The notes: generated by a model not told the origin, from the letters alone. Positions 31,684 through 45,309 are shown, counted from the first letter of the stretch. The stretch is DNA of 64,000 bases from an uncultured Chloroflexia bacterium (GCA_963715085.1 CAVQQU010000005.1:163881-227880); one strand, 5' to 3'. Translations and numbers: made by a program.

Positions 31684-32200
31684 GTGGAGCTACGGACGGC
31701 GCGCCTTCGCCTCCGTCCGTACGGCGAGGCCGATTTCGAGACCCTGTTCCGCGAGCTGGTCCTTGATCCCGCGGTGGTCGGCCTCTGGCACGACTACGCC
31801 GACCCGGAGCTGACGGTCGCGGACAAGCGGGCGATGGCCGAGCGCGACCTGGGCTCGTGGATCGAGGAGGGGATCGCGGCCGGTTACCCGACCTGGATCC
31901 TGGAGGCAGCCGATCCGTCGCTGGGGCCGCTCGGGGAGTTCGTCGGGGCGGCGGGCGTCTTCCCGCCGGAGAACGAGTGGGGCCCGGAGCCCGAGGTCGG
32001 CTGTCTGCTGGCGTCGCGCCACCACGGACGCGGGCTGGCCACGGAGGGGTTGAGCGCCGTCATCGCCGACGCGACGGAGCGACTGGGGATCGCGATCCTC
32101 GTCGCGATCATCGACGAGGAGAACGTGGCGTCCATCCGCCTCGTGGACAAGTGCGGCTTCGTCGCTCGAGCGTTCCTTCACGGGCAGCGACGGCGCCCCG
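31684..32200 (+). CDS. GNAT-family N-acetyltransferase
   Basis: RLRLRPYGEADFETLF..., HHGRGLATEGL, IRLVDKCGF. The 3' end is uncertain because the frame runs open into the next gene. Confidence 0.5.
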
Positions 32201-32245
32201 TGCCGGCGCTACGTGCGGCGGGCCGGTGTCGGGAGGGCGGCGATA

Positions 32246-33495
32246 ATGCCGCCCATGCCCGACCGCGACTCACCCTGACGCCTTCGCCACCCGCGCCGTT
32301 CACGCCGGCGCCGAGCCCGACGAGGTCGCGGGTGCCGTCAGCCCGCCGATCTACCAGACCAGCACGTATGCCCAGGACGGCGTCGGGCGTCCGCACGCCG
32401 GCTACGAGTACGCCCGCACGCAGAACCCCACCCGGGAGCGCCTCGAGCGCGCCGTGGCCGAGCTCGAAGGCGGGGCGTCCGGGATCGCGTTCGCCTCGGG
32501 ATCGGCGGCGACTGCCACCCTGGTCGAGCTGGTCGCCCCGGGCGAGGAGATCGTCGTCGGCGACGACGTCTACGGCGGGACGTTCCGCTTCTTCGAGCAG
32601 GTGGCCCGGCCGCGGGGCGTGGATGCCCGCTACGTGGACCTGGCGGGGGACCCCGGGCCGGCCCTGGCGGACGCGCTGTCGCCGCGGACGCGCCTGGTCT
32701 GGTTCGAGACGCCGTCGAACCCGCTGCTCAAGGTCATCGACATCGCCGCCGTCGTTCGACGCTGTCGCCGCCCACGTCGGGGCCCGCGGGGAGCGGCCGC
32801 TCGTCGCCGTCGACAGCACGTTCGCCTCACCGGCGCTCCAGCGGCCGCTCGAGCTCGGCGCGGACGTCGTCGTCCATTCGGCGACCAAGTACCTCGGTGG
32901 CCACAGCGACACGGTGAGCGGCGTCGTCGTGACGTCGGATGCGGTCGTGGCCGAGCAGCTGCGCTTCCTCCAGAACGCGATGGGCGCGGTGCCCGGACCG
33001 CAGGACTGCTTCCTCGCGCTGCGCGGGCTGCGCACGCTGGCCCTGCGCGTGGAGCGCCACAGCGCCAACGCGCTGGCGGTCGCCCGGGCGCTCGCCGCCC
33101 GCGACGACGTGGAGTGGCTTCGTTACCCCGGGATTACCGACGGACGACACGCGCACCCGGGCGCCGCGATCGCCGAGCGGCAGATGCGGCTCGGCAGCGC
33201 CGACGGGGCACCCGCGTTCGGCGGGATGATCAGCTTCGTCCCGGCCGCCGGTGGGCGCCACGGACGGACCGCGCGGGAGCGTGCGATCGCGGTCGCCGAG
33301 CGGACGCGCCTCTGGACCCTGGCGGAGTCGCTCGGCGGCGTCGAGTCGCTCATCGAGGTGCCGGCCGTCATGACCCATGCTCCGGTCGCCGCGTCGCCGC
33401 TCGAGGTGCCGGAGGCGCTCGTTCGCCTCTCGGTCGGGATCGAGGACGCGGCCGACCTGGTCGCCGACCTCCTGCGCGCGCTCGACGAGGCGTAG
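32246..33495 (+). pseudogene. Cystathionine gamma-synthase/lyase family PLP enzyme (trans-sulfuration); frameshifted three or more times
   Basis: TRAVHAGAEPD...PPIYQTSTY. The SATKYLGGHSD lysine motif. C-terminus VRLSVGIEDAADLVADL. Frame order 2, 1, 0, 1. Confidence 0.7.
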
Positions 33496-34581
<1,086 letters not shown>

Positions 34582-35791
34582 CCCGGCGCTGGGCGGTGCC
34601 GACGGGCACGATCGAGGCAGGCGACGGCGCCGCGGGTGACCGTTCGTACTAGCGATCGCCTGGGGCAGCCCGCCCGTCCCGGCGGGCCTATGGAGGAGGT
34701 ATCCGGTGCAAGGCACGCCGGCGTCCGGCTGGTCGCGCCGGTAGGCGCCGCCGACCACGGAGGAATAGGGCTGATGCGCAACGAGGTCACCGCGACGCCG
34801 ACGGTTCGAGGTGGTGTTGTCGCAACGTGGCCTCGCCGTGCCGGCGAAGCGGTACCACCGATCGCCAGGTTGATTCGAGAGCACGATGCACGTTGTCGCG
34901 CGGGTCGCCGTTCAGCGCTGTGGCGAGCTTCGGCTCGGCCTTCCGGGCTCGCTGCTCGACGCCACCGTCGACGCCTGATCGGCAGGTCACTTCCCGAGGC
35001 CGTAGCCGACCGTGTCGACACGGCTCTCGTTCCGAGCAGGATCGCCGGAGCCAACTACGACCCGGCGACTGCAGGCTCGACGCCGGTCTCCGGCTACCCG
35101 GAGACTACTGCGCCGCCGGGACGCTCGGGACGATGTGCGCAACGTCGGACGAGATCGTACGACTACGGGTTCGACAACTTCGCGGGCTTCCCGAACACGC
35201 ACGATGCCGGGATCGTCGTGCTCGACCAGTCGATCCGCATGCCTCGAATACGGGCCCTGGCTGCTGTCGGCGCCATCGAGGCCTGCGCAACGGCGGGAGG
35301 CCGTCGAAGGTCGCCTCCTCGGCGAAGCGGATCCGGCCTGTCGCTGCCGCCGCTCGCCAACAGCGCGGTGGCAACGTCTCGTTCCGCTCGCGCCGTCGTC
35401 GAGACTCCGTGCAGGCCGACCGAACGTCGCAGTGGCGGCAGGACGATGACTTCGAACCTCCAGACCAGGGTCGGCGACGGTGCAGGGGCACCAGCTCCGG
35501 GGTCGGTGAAGCGCGAGTCGACCGCATCCGGGACATAGACGAGGAGCTGCCGACGTAGGCGGTCACCGTCGTCGTCGGGCTGACCCGTCGTGATGGCCGC
35601 CACGGGGGCCGCCTACGGGCGAGCGCGCGGCGAGTCCAGGACTGGATCGTGAGCTTCCGTCGCACGATGACCGTCACCTCCGTACACATGCTGGGAGCTC
35701 ATCGTAGTCGCCCGCGCTGCTCCGCGCCACCAGCGGTGCTCGCGGTCACCACTTCGCGGCCGCCCGCGCGCGCGGCTAGACTCGGGGCGCC

Positions 35792-37461
35792 ATGACCCAT
35801 CACTACACGGTCCTGTTCGGCGGCACCGTCCTGACGTTCGATGGTGCGCTGCCGACCGATGCCGCCAGCCGCGCGACGGGCGATCCGGGCGTGCCGGACG
35901 CGGCGGGTCGACGCGCCACCGCCATCTGCTACGCCCACGAGCGGATCCTCGCGGTCGGCAGCGACGAGGAGATGCTCGCGCTGGCGGGCCCGGATTCGCA
36001 CGTCATCGACCTGCGCGGCCGGGCCGTCCTGCCGGGATTCGTCGAGCCCCACGCCCACCCGTACTGGGAGGGGTTCGTCGCCGGGATGGCGCTGATCGCC
36101 GGGCGCGACCGGCGGGCGGCCATGCGGGCGATCCCCGGCGCGACCGAGCACCTTGACCCGGATGCGTGGCTGGTCGCGCGCTACGACCCGACGGGCTGGG
36201 ATCGCCCCGACGACCCGACCCGCGACGACCTGGACCGGGCGGTGCCGGATCGGCCCGTCCTGCTGGCCCACGTCTCGGGCCACGCCGTGACGGCGAACAG
36301 CCTCGCCCTGGCGCTCGCCGGCGTGGACGCGGCCACGGTGGATGTCGCCGGCCGATTCCTGGTGGAGCGCGACACCTCCGGCGAGCCGACCGGGATCGTG
36401 CGCGGGCCCGACGCCTGGGACCGGTTCGCCGCCGCCATGCCTCCGCCGACCGTCGAAGGGGGCCGCGGCGCCCTGGCCCGCGCGGCAGCCCGCCTGGCCG
36501 CCGACGGCGTCACGAGCGTCGCCGACGCCGACGTGGGCTCGACCGCCGGCGTCGAGGCTGAGATGGCGGCCTGGGGCGATGCCCTGGCCAGCGGGGCGAT
36601 GCCCCTCGCCGTGGCGCTGATGCCGGGGCTCGCGCGGATCGCGGCGAACCCCGACGATCCCGTCCCGCAGCCCAGCCGACCTCGCAGCGCTTCTCCCGGA
36701 CGGGGTTCGTGGCCAGGTCCGACTCACCCACGTGAAGCTCAAGGCCGACGGCGCGCTGACGACGCGGACGGCCTGGCTGCGCGACCCCTACGACGATGCC
36801 CCCCACGCGGGCGGGCCCGTCCACGACCCCGCCGCCCTCGCGGAGCGGATCCGTCGCGCGGCCACGGCCGGCTGGGCCAGCGCAACGCATGCGATCGGCG
36901 ACGCCGCCGTCGTGGCTGTCCTCGACGCCTGCGCCGCCGCGCCCGCGCGCTCGGGCATGGCCCACCGGATCGAGCACGCGATGCTCCTCGACGACGACCT
37001 CGTCAGCCCGCCTGGCCGCCTCGGGCATGACGGCCGTCGTGCAGCCGGAGTTCCTCGCGTGGGCCGGGCCGACCTACCGCGCCCGCCTCGGCGAGGAGCG
37101 CGCCGGGCGCCTCCTGCCATTCTCGCGCCTCCTGGCGGCCGGGATCCCCGTCGTCTTCTCGAGCGATCGGCCGGTCGTTCCGGGCGCCCCGCTGGCAGGC
37201 GTGCGCGCGGCGCTCCGACACGACGCCGCGCTCTCCGCCGCGGAGGCGTTGCACGCCTGGACGGCCGCGGGTGCCGCGACCCTCGGCGATGACGCTGCCG
37301 GGCGCCTGGAGGTCGGCGCGCGCACCGACCTCGTGGTCCTCTCGGGGGACCCGACCGCCGTCGCGCGCGACGCCTGGGCAAGTGGCGCCGACGGGATCCG
37401 GGTGGAGGCCACCGTGGCGGCCGGGCGCGTGGTCCACGGGGCGCTGGGCTGGGAGAGATGA
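35792..37461 (+). pseudogene. Amidohydrolase-family (amidohydrolase-3-like) metal-dependent hydrolase; frameshifted twice
   Basis: HAHPYWEG near the N-terminus. LKADGALTTRTAWL in the middle. C-terminal SSDRPVVPG. Three frame segments. Confidence 0.6.
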
Positions 37462-38354
37462 ACCCGGGCATCCTCGGGGTGATCGTCTTCGACTTCGACC
37501 CGTACGTGCATCTCGGGGACCTCGCCGTCCGCTGGGAGACGCTGGGAATCGCCGCCGCCGTGCTGATGGGGATCCTCGCTCTGGCGTTCCTCGCGGGCCG
37601 AACGCCCGCCCACGACGAGTGGATCGGCGAGGAGGAGCCACCGGAGGAGGAGCGCGAGGGCACCTGGCACCTGCGCCGCGACGACCTCCTGTTCATCCTC
37701 CTCGGCGCGGTTCCCGGTGCCGTCATCCTCGGGCGGCTGGGCTACGGCCTGCTCCACCTCGACTACTACGGCAACGAGTGGCGCGCGCTCCTCGACCCGG
37801 CCCAGGGGAGCATGGAGCTCGCGCTCGCGGTCGTCGGCGGCACGCTGACGGCCCTCTACGTCGCCGCGCTGCTGGACGCGCCGGTGGGCCGCTGGCTCCA
37901 CGTCGCGATCGCGCCGCTGCTCCTCGTCCTGGGGCTGGGCAAGGCCGCGCAGGCCCTCGGTGGCTCCGGCCAGGGCGAGGCCAGCGTCGCGGACTGGGCG
38001 ACGGCCTACGCCCCACCCGGGCCGTGGGGCAGCCCCGGCGCGGAGATCCCCGCCCACCCGGCCCAGCTCTACGAGGCGGCGATGACCGGTGCCGTCCTGC
38101 TCCTGGTCGTGGCCCTCGCACGCCTGACCCCGCTCCGCCGTGCGGACGGCCGCCTCTACGCCGTGGGCCTGGGCCTGTGGGCGCTCGGCCGCGGCCTCGT
38201 TGCCTCGACCTGGCGCGACCCGGTGGTCGTTGCCGGCCTGAACGCCGGCCAGCTCATCTGTCTCGGGGTTGCCGCGGCGATGTTCGGGGCGGCCGCGATC
38301 GCCACGATCGTCCGGGCGCGGCAGCCGGCGGGGCCGATCGTCCCCGCGCCCTGA
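37458..38354 (+). CDS. Lgt-family (prolipoprotein diacylglyceryl transferase-like) membrane protein; second paralogue
   Basis: The HPAQLYEA signature and polytopic topology. ATGA overlap with the upstream amidohydrolase. Confidence 0.6.
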   Translation: MNPGILGVIVFDFDPYVHLGDLAVRWETLGIAAAVLMGILALAFLAGRTPAHDEWIGEEEPPEEEREGTWHLRRDDLLFILLGAVPGAVILGRLGYGLLHLDYYGNEWRALLDPAQGSMELALAVVGGTLTALYVAALLDAPVGRWLHVAIAPLLLVLGLGKAAQALGGSGQGEASVADWATAYAPPGPWGSPGAEIPAHPAQLYEAAMTGAVLLLVVALARLTPLRRADGRLYAVGLGLWALGRGLVASTWRDPVVVAGLNAGQLICLGVAAAMFGAAAIATIVRARQPAGPIVPAP

Positions 38355-38399
38355 CGCGGCCGCCCTCCCCTGCGAGGCCCGCGAGACGAGACCGTCGCG

Positions 38400-39817
38400 T
38401 CAGGACTGCCGGACGTAGTCGGCGCGGCTCCGGCGCAGGAAACGGCCGTGCCCCTCCGGGCCCTCCCAGACGTTGTCGCGGACGAGCACCGTGCCCCGGC
38501 TCATCACGAGGTCGGGCGCCCCCTGGATCTCCCAGCCCTCGAAGAGGGAGTAGTCGACGTCCATGTGGTGCGTCTTCGCGCTGATCGTTCGCTTCCGGTT
38601 CGGGTCGTAGACCAGGAGGTCGGCGTCCGAGCCGACCGCGATCGTTCCCTTCTGCGGGTACATGCCGAAGATCTTGGCGGGGTTGGTGGCCATGATCTCC
38701 ACCCAGCGCTCGCGGGTCAGGCGTCCCTCGACGACGCCGAAGTGGTGGAGCAGGTCGACCCGGTCCTCGACCGCCGGCAGGCCGTTCGGGATCTTCCGGA
38801 AGTCGCCCCGGCCGAGCTCCTTCTGGCCCTCGAAGTCGAACGGGCAGTGGTCCGTGCCGACGAGCTGGAGGTCGTCGCGCAGGAGGCCGCGCCAGAGATC
38901 CTCCCAGTGGTCCTTCGGCCGGAGCGGCGGGCTGCAGACGTACTTCGCGCCCTCGAACCCGTGGCCGAGGTCGTCGAGCGACAGGAGGAGGTACTGCGGG
39001 CACGTCTCCGCCCAGACCGGCGACCCGCGGTGGCGCGCGGCGGACACGGCCTCCAGCGCGTCGCGCGAGGAGAGGTGGACGAAGTACACCGGGGCGCCGG
39101 CCGCCTCCGCCAGGCGGATGCAGCGGTTGGTCGCCTCGCCCTCGAGGCCCGGGTAGCGGGCCAGGCCGTGGCCGATCGGGTCGGTCGTGCCGTTCGCCAC
39201 GAGATCGGCGGCGATCACGTCGATGACCGGGCCGTTCTCGGCGTGCATGAGGATGAGGCCGCCGTTCTTCTCCGTCTGCTTCATCGCCCGGAAGATGTGG
39301 TCGTCCGGGCTGAAGAAGACGCCGGGATAGGCGGTGAACAGCTTGAAGTCGGGTACGCCCTCCGCGACGAGCTGGTCCATCTCGGCCAGGCTCGCGTCGT
39401 TGACGTCGCTCATGATCATGTGGAAGGCGTAGTCGAGCACGGCGTGGCCCTCGGCCTTCGCCATCCAGGTGTCGAGGCCTTCGCGCAGGGCGTGCCCCTT
39501 GGGCTGGACGGCGAAGTCGACGATCGTCGTCGTCCCCCCGTGGGCCGCCGCCTTCGTCCCGCTCTCGAAGGTGTCCTTGGCGAACGTGCCGCCGAACGGC
39601 AGCTCGAAGTGCGTGTGCCCGTCGATCCCGCCGGGGACCACGTACTTGCCGCGTCGCGTCGATCGTCTCGTCGGCGACGAGCCCGGCGAGCGCCGACTCG
39701 ACGGCGCCCACGGCCCGCCGTGTCACCGCCTCGATCTTCCCGTCCGCGACCAGGACATCGGCCTCGAACGACCCGTCGGCCGTCGACGACGAGGCCGTTC
39801 TTGATCAGCGTGCGCAT
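38400..39817 (-). pseudogene. Dihydropyrimidinase / D-hydantoinase (cyclic amidohydrolase); frameshifted twice near the 5' end
   Basis: GGAGG RBS and MRTLIKNGLVVDG. GGIDGHTHFELPF. The carboxylated-lysine region FKLFTAY. The C-terminal 413 aa are intact. Confidence 0.75.
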
Positions 39818-39827
39818 CGAACCCTCC

Positions 39828-40836
39828 TCAGGCCTTGGCCGCGGGGACGTCGCGGAGGGCCGGGATGATCTCCCGGCCGTAGATCTCGAGCTGCTCTTCC
39901 TCGTTGCCGTTCATGAGGTAGAGGTTGAACTGGTCGACGCCGGCGTCGGCGAGGACCCGGAGCTTGGCAACGTGGGCCTCGGACGTCGCCGACGAGCCCG
40001 AAACGGTCGACGATGTCGTCGGTCACGAAGGCGGCGTTCGTGCTGCCGACCTCCGCGTGGTGCAGGTAGTCGTAGCCTTCGCGGCCGCGGATGTAGTGGG
40101 TGAGCGCCTCGGGCAGCTCGCCCTGGTACTTGTTGACGAGGTCGACGACGTGGTTGCCCACGAGGGCCGGGAACCAGCGGACGCGGTCGCGGCCGTCGGC
40201 GAGGTCGCCGACGTGGGCCGGGGCGGCCGCCATGATCCGGACGGCGTCGGGTCTCGCCCCGCCTCGCGGGCCGAGTCGTGGACCTGGCCGGCGAACCAGC
40301 GCACGAGGTCCGGATCGGCGATCTGGAGCATCGCCCCGTCGGCGATGCGCCCGGTCATCTTGAGAGCGACCGGCCCGTAGCCCGGCGATCCAGACGGGCA
40401 GGCGGTGTCCGGCCGCCCAGGGCAGCTGGAGGGTCGCACCCTCGTACTCGATCGGCCGTCCCTCGGCGAGGGCCCGGATGACGTGGACCGCCTCCTCGAG
40501 CGTCGCCATCGTCGTGGGCGCCTTGCCGAGGACGCGGATGGCCGAATCGCCCCGGCCGATCCCGAGGTCGAAGCGGCCGCCCGAGAGCTCCTGGAGGACG
40601 GCGAGGCTCGACGCCGTGACCGAGGGCTCGCGCGTGGCCGGGTTGGTGACGCAGGTCCCGAGGCGCATGGTCGTGGTGGCCTGCGCCATCAGCGTCAGGA
40701 GCGGATACGGGTCCCGCCAGAGCACGTGACTGTCGAAGAGCCAGCCGTAGGCGAAGCCGGCCGCCTCGGCCTGCCGGGCGAGGGCGATCGTTCGCTCGAC
40801 TGAGTGCTCGGGCTTGATCGTGAAGCCGAACTCCAT
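39828..40836 (-). pseudogene. LLM-class (luciferase-like) flavin/F420-dependent oxidoreductase; frameshifted twice
   Basis: MEFGFTIKPEH...RLGTCVTNPATREP, IADPDLVRWFAGQVHDS, C-terminus LYLMNGNEEEQLEIYGREIIPAL. It lies between the dihydropyrimidinase and the CN-hydrolase. Confidence 0.65.
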
Positions 40837-40863
40837 CGGGCCCCTCCTTCCCGGTGCGCAGCC

Positions 40864-41715
40864 CTACGGGCGAGTCAGGTCACCGTACATGTCCGGCCGC
40901 CGGTCGCGGTAGAACTGCCAGGTCTCGCGTACCTTCTTGACCATGTCGAGGTCCAGGTCGCGAACGAGCAGCTCCTCGTCGTGCGGGCTGCCGACGCCGC
41001 CGATGAACTGGCCGCGCGGGTCGCAGAAGTAGCTCTGGCCGTAGAAGTCGTCGGGACCGATCTCGGCCTCGACGCCCACCCGGTTGATCGTTCCGACGAA
41101 GTAGCCGTTCGCCAGCGCGTGGCTGACCTGCTCCACCCGCCAGAGGTACTCGGAGAGGCCGCGGCTGGTGGCCGACGGGATCAGCACGAGCTCGGCGCCG
41201 TTGAGGCCGAGCGCACGGGCACCCTCGGGGAAGTGGCGGTCGTAGCAGATGTAGACCCCGATCTTGCCGACGGCGGTCTCGAAGACCGGGTAGCCCAGGT
41301 TGCCGGGCCGGAAGTAGAACTTCTCCCAGAAGCCCTCGACGTGGGGGATGTGCGTCTTGCGGTACTTGCCGAGGTACGACCCGTCGCTGTCGATGACCGC
41401 GGCGGTGTTGTAGTAGAGGCCGTTGACGCGCTCGTCCTCCTCGTACATCGGGACGACGAGGACCATGCCCGTCTGCTTCGCGAGGTCCTGCATGCGCTTC
41501 GTGGTCGGGCCGTCCGGGATGCGCTCCGTGTACGAGTAGTACTTCTTGTCCTGCACCTGGCAGAAGTAGGGACCGTAGAACAGCTCCTGGAAGAGCATGA
41601 ACTGGGCACCCTGCTTGGCCGCCTCGTGGGCGTAGCCCTCGTGCTTCTGGATCATCGATTCCTTGTCGCCGGTCCAGGTCGCCTGCAGGAGCGCGCCGCG
41701 AACGATCCGGGTCAT
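40864..41715 (-). CDS. Nitrilase-superfamily C-N hydrolase (beta-ureidopropionase / N-carbamoyl-amino-acid amidohydrolase-like)
   Basis: Intact 283 aa. The catalytic triad context E...K...C (VGKIGVYICYDRHFPE). GAGG RBS. Confidence 0.8.
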   Translation of the reverse strand: MTRIVRGALLQATWTGDKESMIQKHEGYAHEAAKQGAQFMLFQELFYGPYFCQVQDKKYYSYTERIPDGPTTKRMQDLAKQTGMVLVVPMYEEDERVNGLYYNTAAVIDSDGSYLGKYRKTHIPHVEGFWEKFYFRPGNLGYPVFETAVGKIGVYICYDRHFPEGARALGLNGAELVLIPSATSRGLSEYLWRVEQVSHALANGYFVGTINRVGVEAEIGPDDFYGQSYFCDPRGQFIGGVGSPHDEELLVRDLDLDMVKKVRETWQFYRDRRPDMYGDLTRP

Positions 41716-41998
41716 GCCGTACCTCACTGTGTCGTCACGGTGGAATGCGGCCGAGGATACACCGGCGGCATGGCCACGCCGCCCCCGACAGGGCCGGTGG
41801 GCGCGAGCCGCTGGCGCATCCGTCGCGTGCGCATCTGTCGTGCCGGGGCTTGCCCGGCCGCGTAGGATGCCCCGCAACTTGGCCGCGATGGTCGGCGAGA
41901 GGTGAGAGGAGGACGACAAGCGGAGGGCCGCACCGAAGCGCGGCGCGTCTTCACCGATCCAGGCATCAACCGCTGAGGGACAACTGCGGAGGGAGTCG

Positions 41999-43641
41999 AT
42001 GACTGCGACAACGATGGAGGAGATCGTCCACCCCGACGGGCGACACGAGCTGACCCCGGACACGGATGCGTCGCTCGACGGATCCCCGCTCCACAACCAG
42101 GACCTTGCACCCGTTGCGCTCCCCAGGCGCACCTGGACCACCTACAACTACCTGGCCCTGTGGATCGGGATGTCCATCAACATCCCGTCGTGGGCGCTGG
42201 CGGCCGGCCTGATCACGATCGGGATGGACTGGGTCCAGGCGATCATCACGATCGGCCTCGGCAATCTGATCGTGCTGATCCCGATGCTGCTGATCAGCCA
42301 CGCGGGCACCAAGTACGGCATCCCGTACCCGGTCGTCTCGCGCGGCCGCGTTCGGCGTCTGGGGCGCCAACCTGCCGGCCCTCCTGCGCGCCGGCGTGGC
42401 CTGCGGGTGGTTCGGCATCCAGACCTGGATCGGCGGCCCTCGCCGTCTTCGCCATCGGCACCGTCGTTCTTCACCGGCTCCTCGGCGAGGACAACTTCTG
42501 GACGACTCGGCCGGCGACGATCTCGATCGGCGATCGGCCTGACGCGGTCCGCTACAGCCTTGGGCGGTGTGGCTCAGCTTCCTCGATCTTCTGGGCCGTC
42601 AACATTTGATCATTCTCTTCGGGGCATGAACACGGTGAAGCGGTTCGAGAACTGGGCCGCGCCGTTCATGGTCGTCGTGTTCCTCGGCCTGATGACTGGA
42701 TGGTCATCCGCGCCGGCGGCCTGGGCCCGGTCGTGGAACAGGCCGGGACCCTCGGCTGGGGTCCGGACTTCTGGGCGGTCTTCCCGATCTCGCTCATGGG
42801 CATGATCGCGTTCTGGTCGACGCTGTCGCTGAACATGCCGGACTTCACCCGGTTCGGCCGAAGTCAGCGTGAGCAGATGGTCGGCCAGGCCGCGGGCCTG
42901 CCTACCACCATGACCCTCTTCCCGCTGCTCGGCGTCCTTACCGTGTCGGCGACGGTCGTCGTCTACGGCGAGGCGATCTGGGACCCGACACGCTGGTCTC
43001 CCGGCTCGACAACCGCTCGTCGTCGATCCTCATGCGGATTCACGCTCGCGATCGCCACCCTGTCGACGAACGTGGCCGCCAACGTCGTGAGCCCGTCCTA
43101 CGACTTCTCCAACGCCTGGCCGAGCAAGATCAGCTTCCGCACCGGCGGCATCATCACGGGCATCATCGGCATCCTGATCATGCCCTGGAACCTGCTGGCC
43201 ACGCCGAGCTCTACATCTTCACCTGGCTCGGCACCTACGGCGGCCTGACCGGCGCCATTGCCGGCGTGCTGATCGCCGACTACTGGTTGATTCGGCGGAC
43301 GAAGCTCAAGCTGGCCGACCTCTACCGGCCGAACGGCATCTACCGCTACGCCGGCGGTTGGAACTGGCGGGCGCTCGTCGCCCTCATCGTCGGGGCCATC
43401 GTGGGCATCGGCGGCGCCTACACGCCGGCCGGCGCCAGCGGTCCGTTCCCGGCAGACGGGATCATCCCGTTCCTCAAGCCGTTCTACGACTACAGCTGGA
43501 TCGCCTCGCTGATCGTCGGGTTCGTGCTCTACTGGGTTCTCGCCACGTTCTTTATCCCGCAGAAGGGCCAGGAGATCGAGGACATGGCTGCCTGCGGCCG
43601 GCGGCTGCCGAGCCGCCAGATCCGCGCCGTCATGGGTCGCA
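41999..43641 (+). pseudogene. NCS1-family nucleobase:cation symporter (uracil/allantoin/hydantoin-type permease); frameshifted three or more times
   Basis: NCS1 N-terminus (YNYLALWIGMSINIPSWALAAGL) and fragments in all three plus frames. The 3' end is approximate and upstream of the 43670 terminator. Confidence 0.7.
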
Positions 43642-43669
43642 CTGACCCCGCGCCGATGCAGCACGAAGC

Positions 43670-43702
43670 GAAGGGGCCCCTCCGCCGAGCGGAGGGGCCC
43701 CT
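43670..43702. terminator. Bidirectional intrinsic terminator: perfect 15-bp stem AAGGGGCCCCTCCGC-cga-GCGGAGGGGCCCCTT followed by TTCTTGTGT
   Basis: Read directly. It sits between convergent NCS1 and mmsA. Confidence 0.6.
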
Positions 43703-43765
43703 TCTTGTGTCCGACATCGAGCCGATTCGGCGGTGGGCCGCCGTGCGCGCTCGGGCGGGATGGGC

Positions 43766-45309
43766 TCAGCTGTTGCCGGGGAAGACCAGGGAGAGGCCGG
43801 GACGGCGGCCGGGCTCCGGCCAGCGCTCGGTGACCATCTTCTGCTGGGTGAAGAAGCGGACCCCGTCCTCGCCGCGCATGGCCAGGTCGCCGATGGCCGA
43901 CTCCTTGGCCCCCCCGAAGGAGAGGTAGCCGGCCGGGACCGGGATCGGGACGTTGACCCCGATCATGGGCACCTCGACCTCGAGCTTGAAGCGCCGGGCG
44001 GCACCGCCGTCGGTCGTGAAGATGGCCGTCCCGTTGGCGTACTTGTGGGCGTTGATGAGGCCGATCGCCTCGTCGTACGTCGCCGCGTGGACGATGCCCA
44101 GCACCGGCCCGAAGATCTCCTCCTGGTAGATGTCCATGTCCGGGGTCACGTGGTCGAAGAGGGTGACCCCGAGGAAGAAGCCGTCGGGGTTCGTCCGGAT
44201 GGACGAAGGGCCGCCCGTCGACCACGAGCTCGGCCCCCTCGGCCTCGCCCCGCTCGATCCACTTCACGACCGAGGCCCGGTGCTCCGCGGTGTAGAGCGG
44301 GCCCATGTCCACGCCCGGCTCCATGCCCGGGCCGACCTGGAGCTTGGCGATCCGCTCCTCCATGAGCGGGCGGAGCCTGTCCGCCGTGTCGCCCACCGTG
44401 ATGACGAGGGTCTGGGCCATGCAGCGCTCGCCGGCGGAGCCGTAGCCCGCGGCGACCGCGGCGTCGGCGGTCAGCTCCATGTCGGCGTCGGGCAGGACGA
44501 TCATCGCGTTCTTGGCCGAGGTGTACGCCCCGACCCGCTTGCCCCGCTTCGTGCCCTCCTCGAAGACGTACTTCCCGACCGCGGTCGAGCCCACGAACTG
44601 GATGGCCTTGATGCCCGGGTGCTCGACGATCGCGCTGACCGCGTCGCGGCCGCCGTACACGACGTTGAACGTGCCGTCGGGGCCGCCGGCCGCCTGCCAC
44701 AGCTCGGCCTGGAGCTGGGTGGCCCCGGGGGTGTGGGAGGAGGGCTTGAGGACGACCGTGTTGCCGCACATGAGGGCGATCGGGACGATCCACATGGGGA
44801 CCATGACCGGGAAGTTGAAGGGCGTGATCGCCGCGACCACCCCGAGCGGGCCGCGCAGGGTGAAGGCGTCCACGTTGGTGGCCACGTTGGGGGTCATCAT
44901 CCCCGCCAGGTGGACCGGCAGGCCGGCCGCGTACTCGACCGTCTCGAGGCCGCGCATCACCTCGGCGAAGGCGTCGGGGTAGGTCTTGCCGTGGTCCCTC
45001 GTGATGAGGGCGGCCAGCTCCTCGCGGTGCTGCCAGAGCTGCTCGCGCCAGGCGAAGAAGACCTCGCTGCGGGCGATGAGGGGGGTGTCCCGCCAGGCCG
45101 GGAAGGCGGCGGCCGCCGCGGCCACGGCCGCGTCCACCTCGGGTGCCCCGCCGCGCGGGACGCGGGCGATGACCGCTCCCGTGGCCGGGTTGTACACCGG
45201 GCCGGTCTGCTCGGGCAGGACCTCGACCGGTGCGCCGGCGATCCAGTGGGACAGGATGGGCAGGCTCACGGGGGCCGCGCTGGCCTCCGGACGCACTTCG
45301 GTCGTCATG
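43766..45309 (-). pseudogene. mmsA: Methylmalonate-semialdehyde dehydrogenase (CoA-acylating); one frameshift near 44190
   Basis: AAGGAGG RBS. The ILSHWIAG hallmark. The catalytic Cys context GERCMA. The C-terminal 127 aa are in a second frame. Confidence 0.8.
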
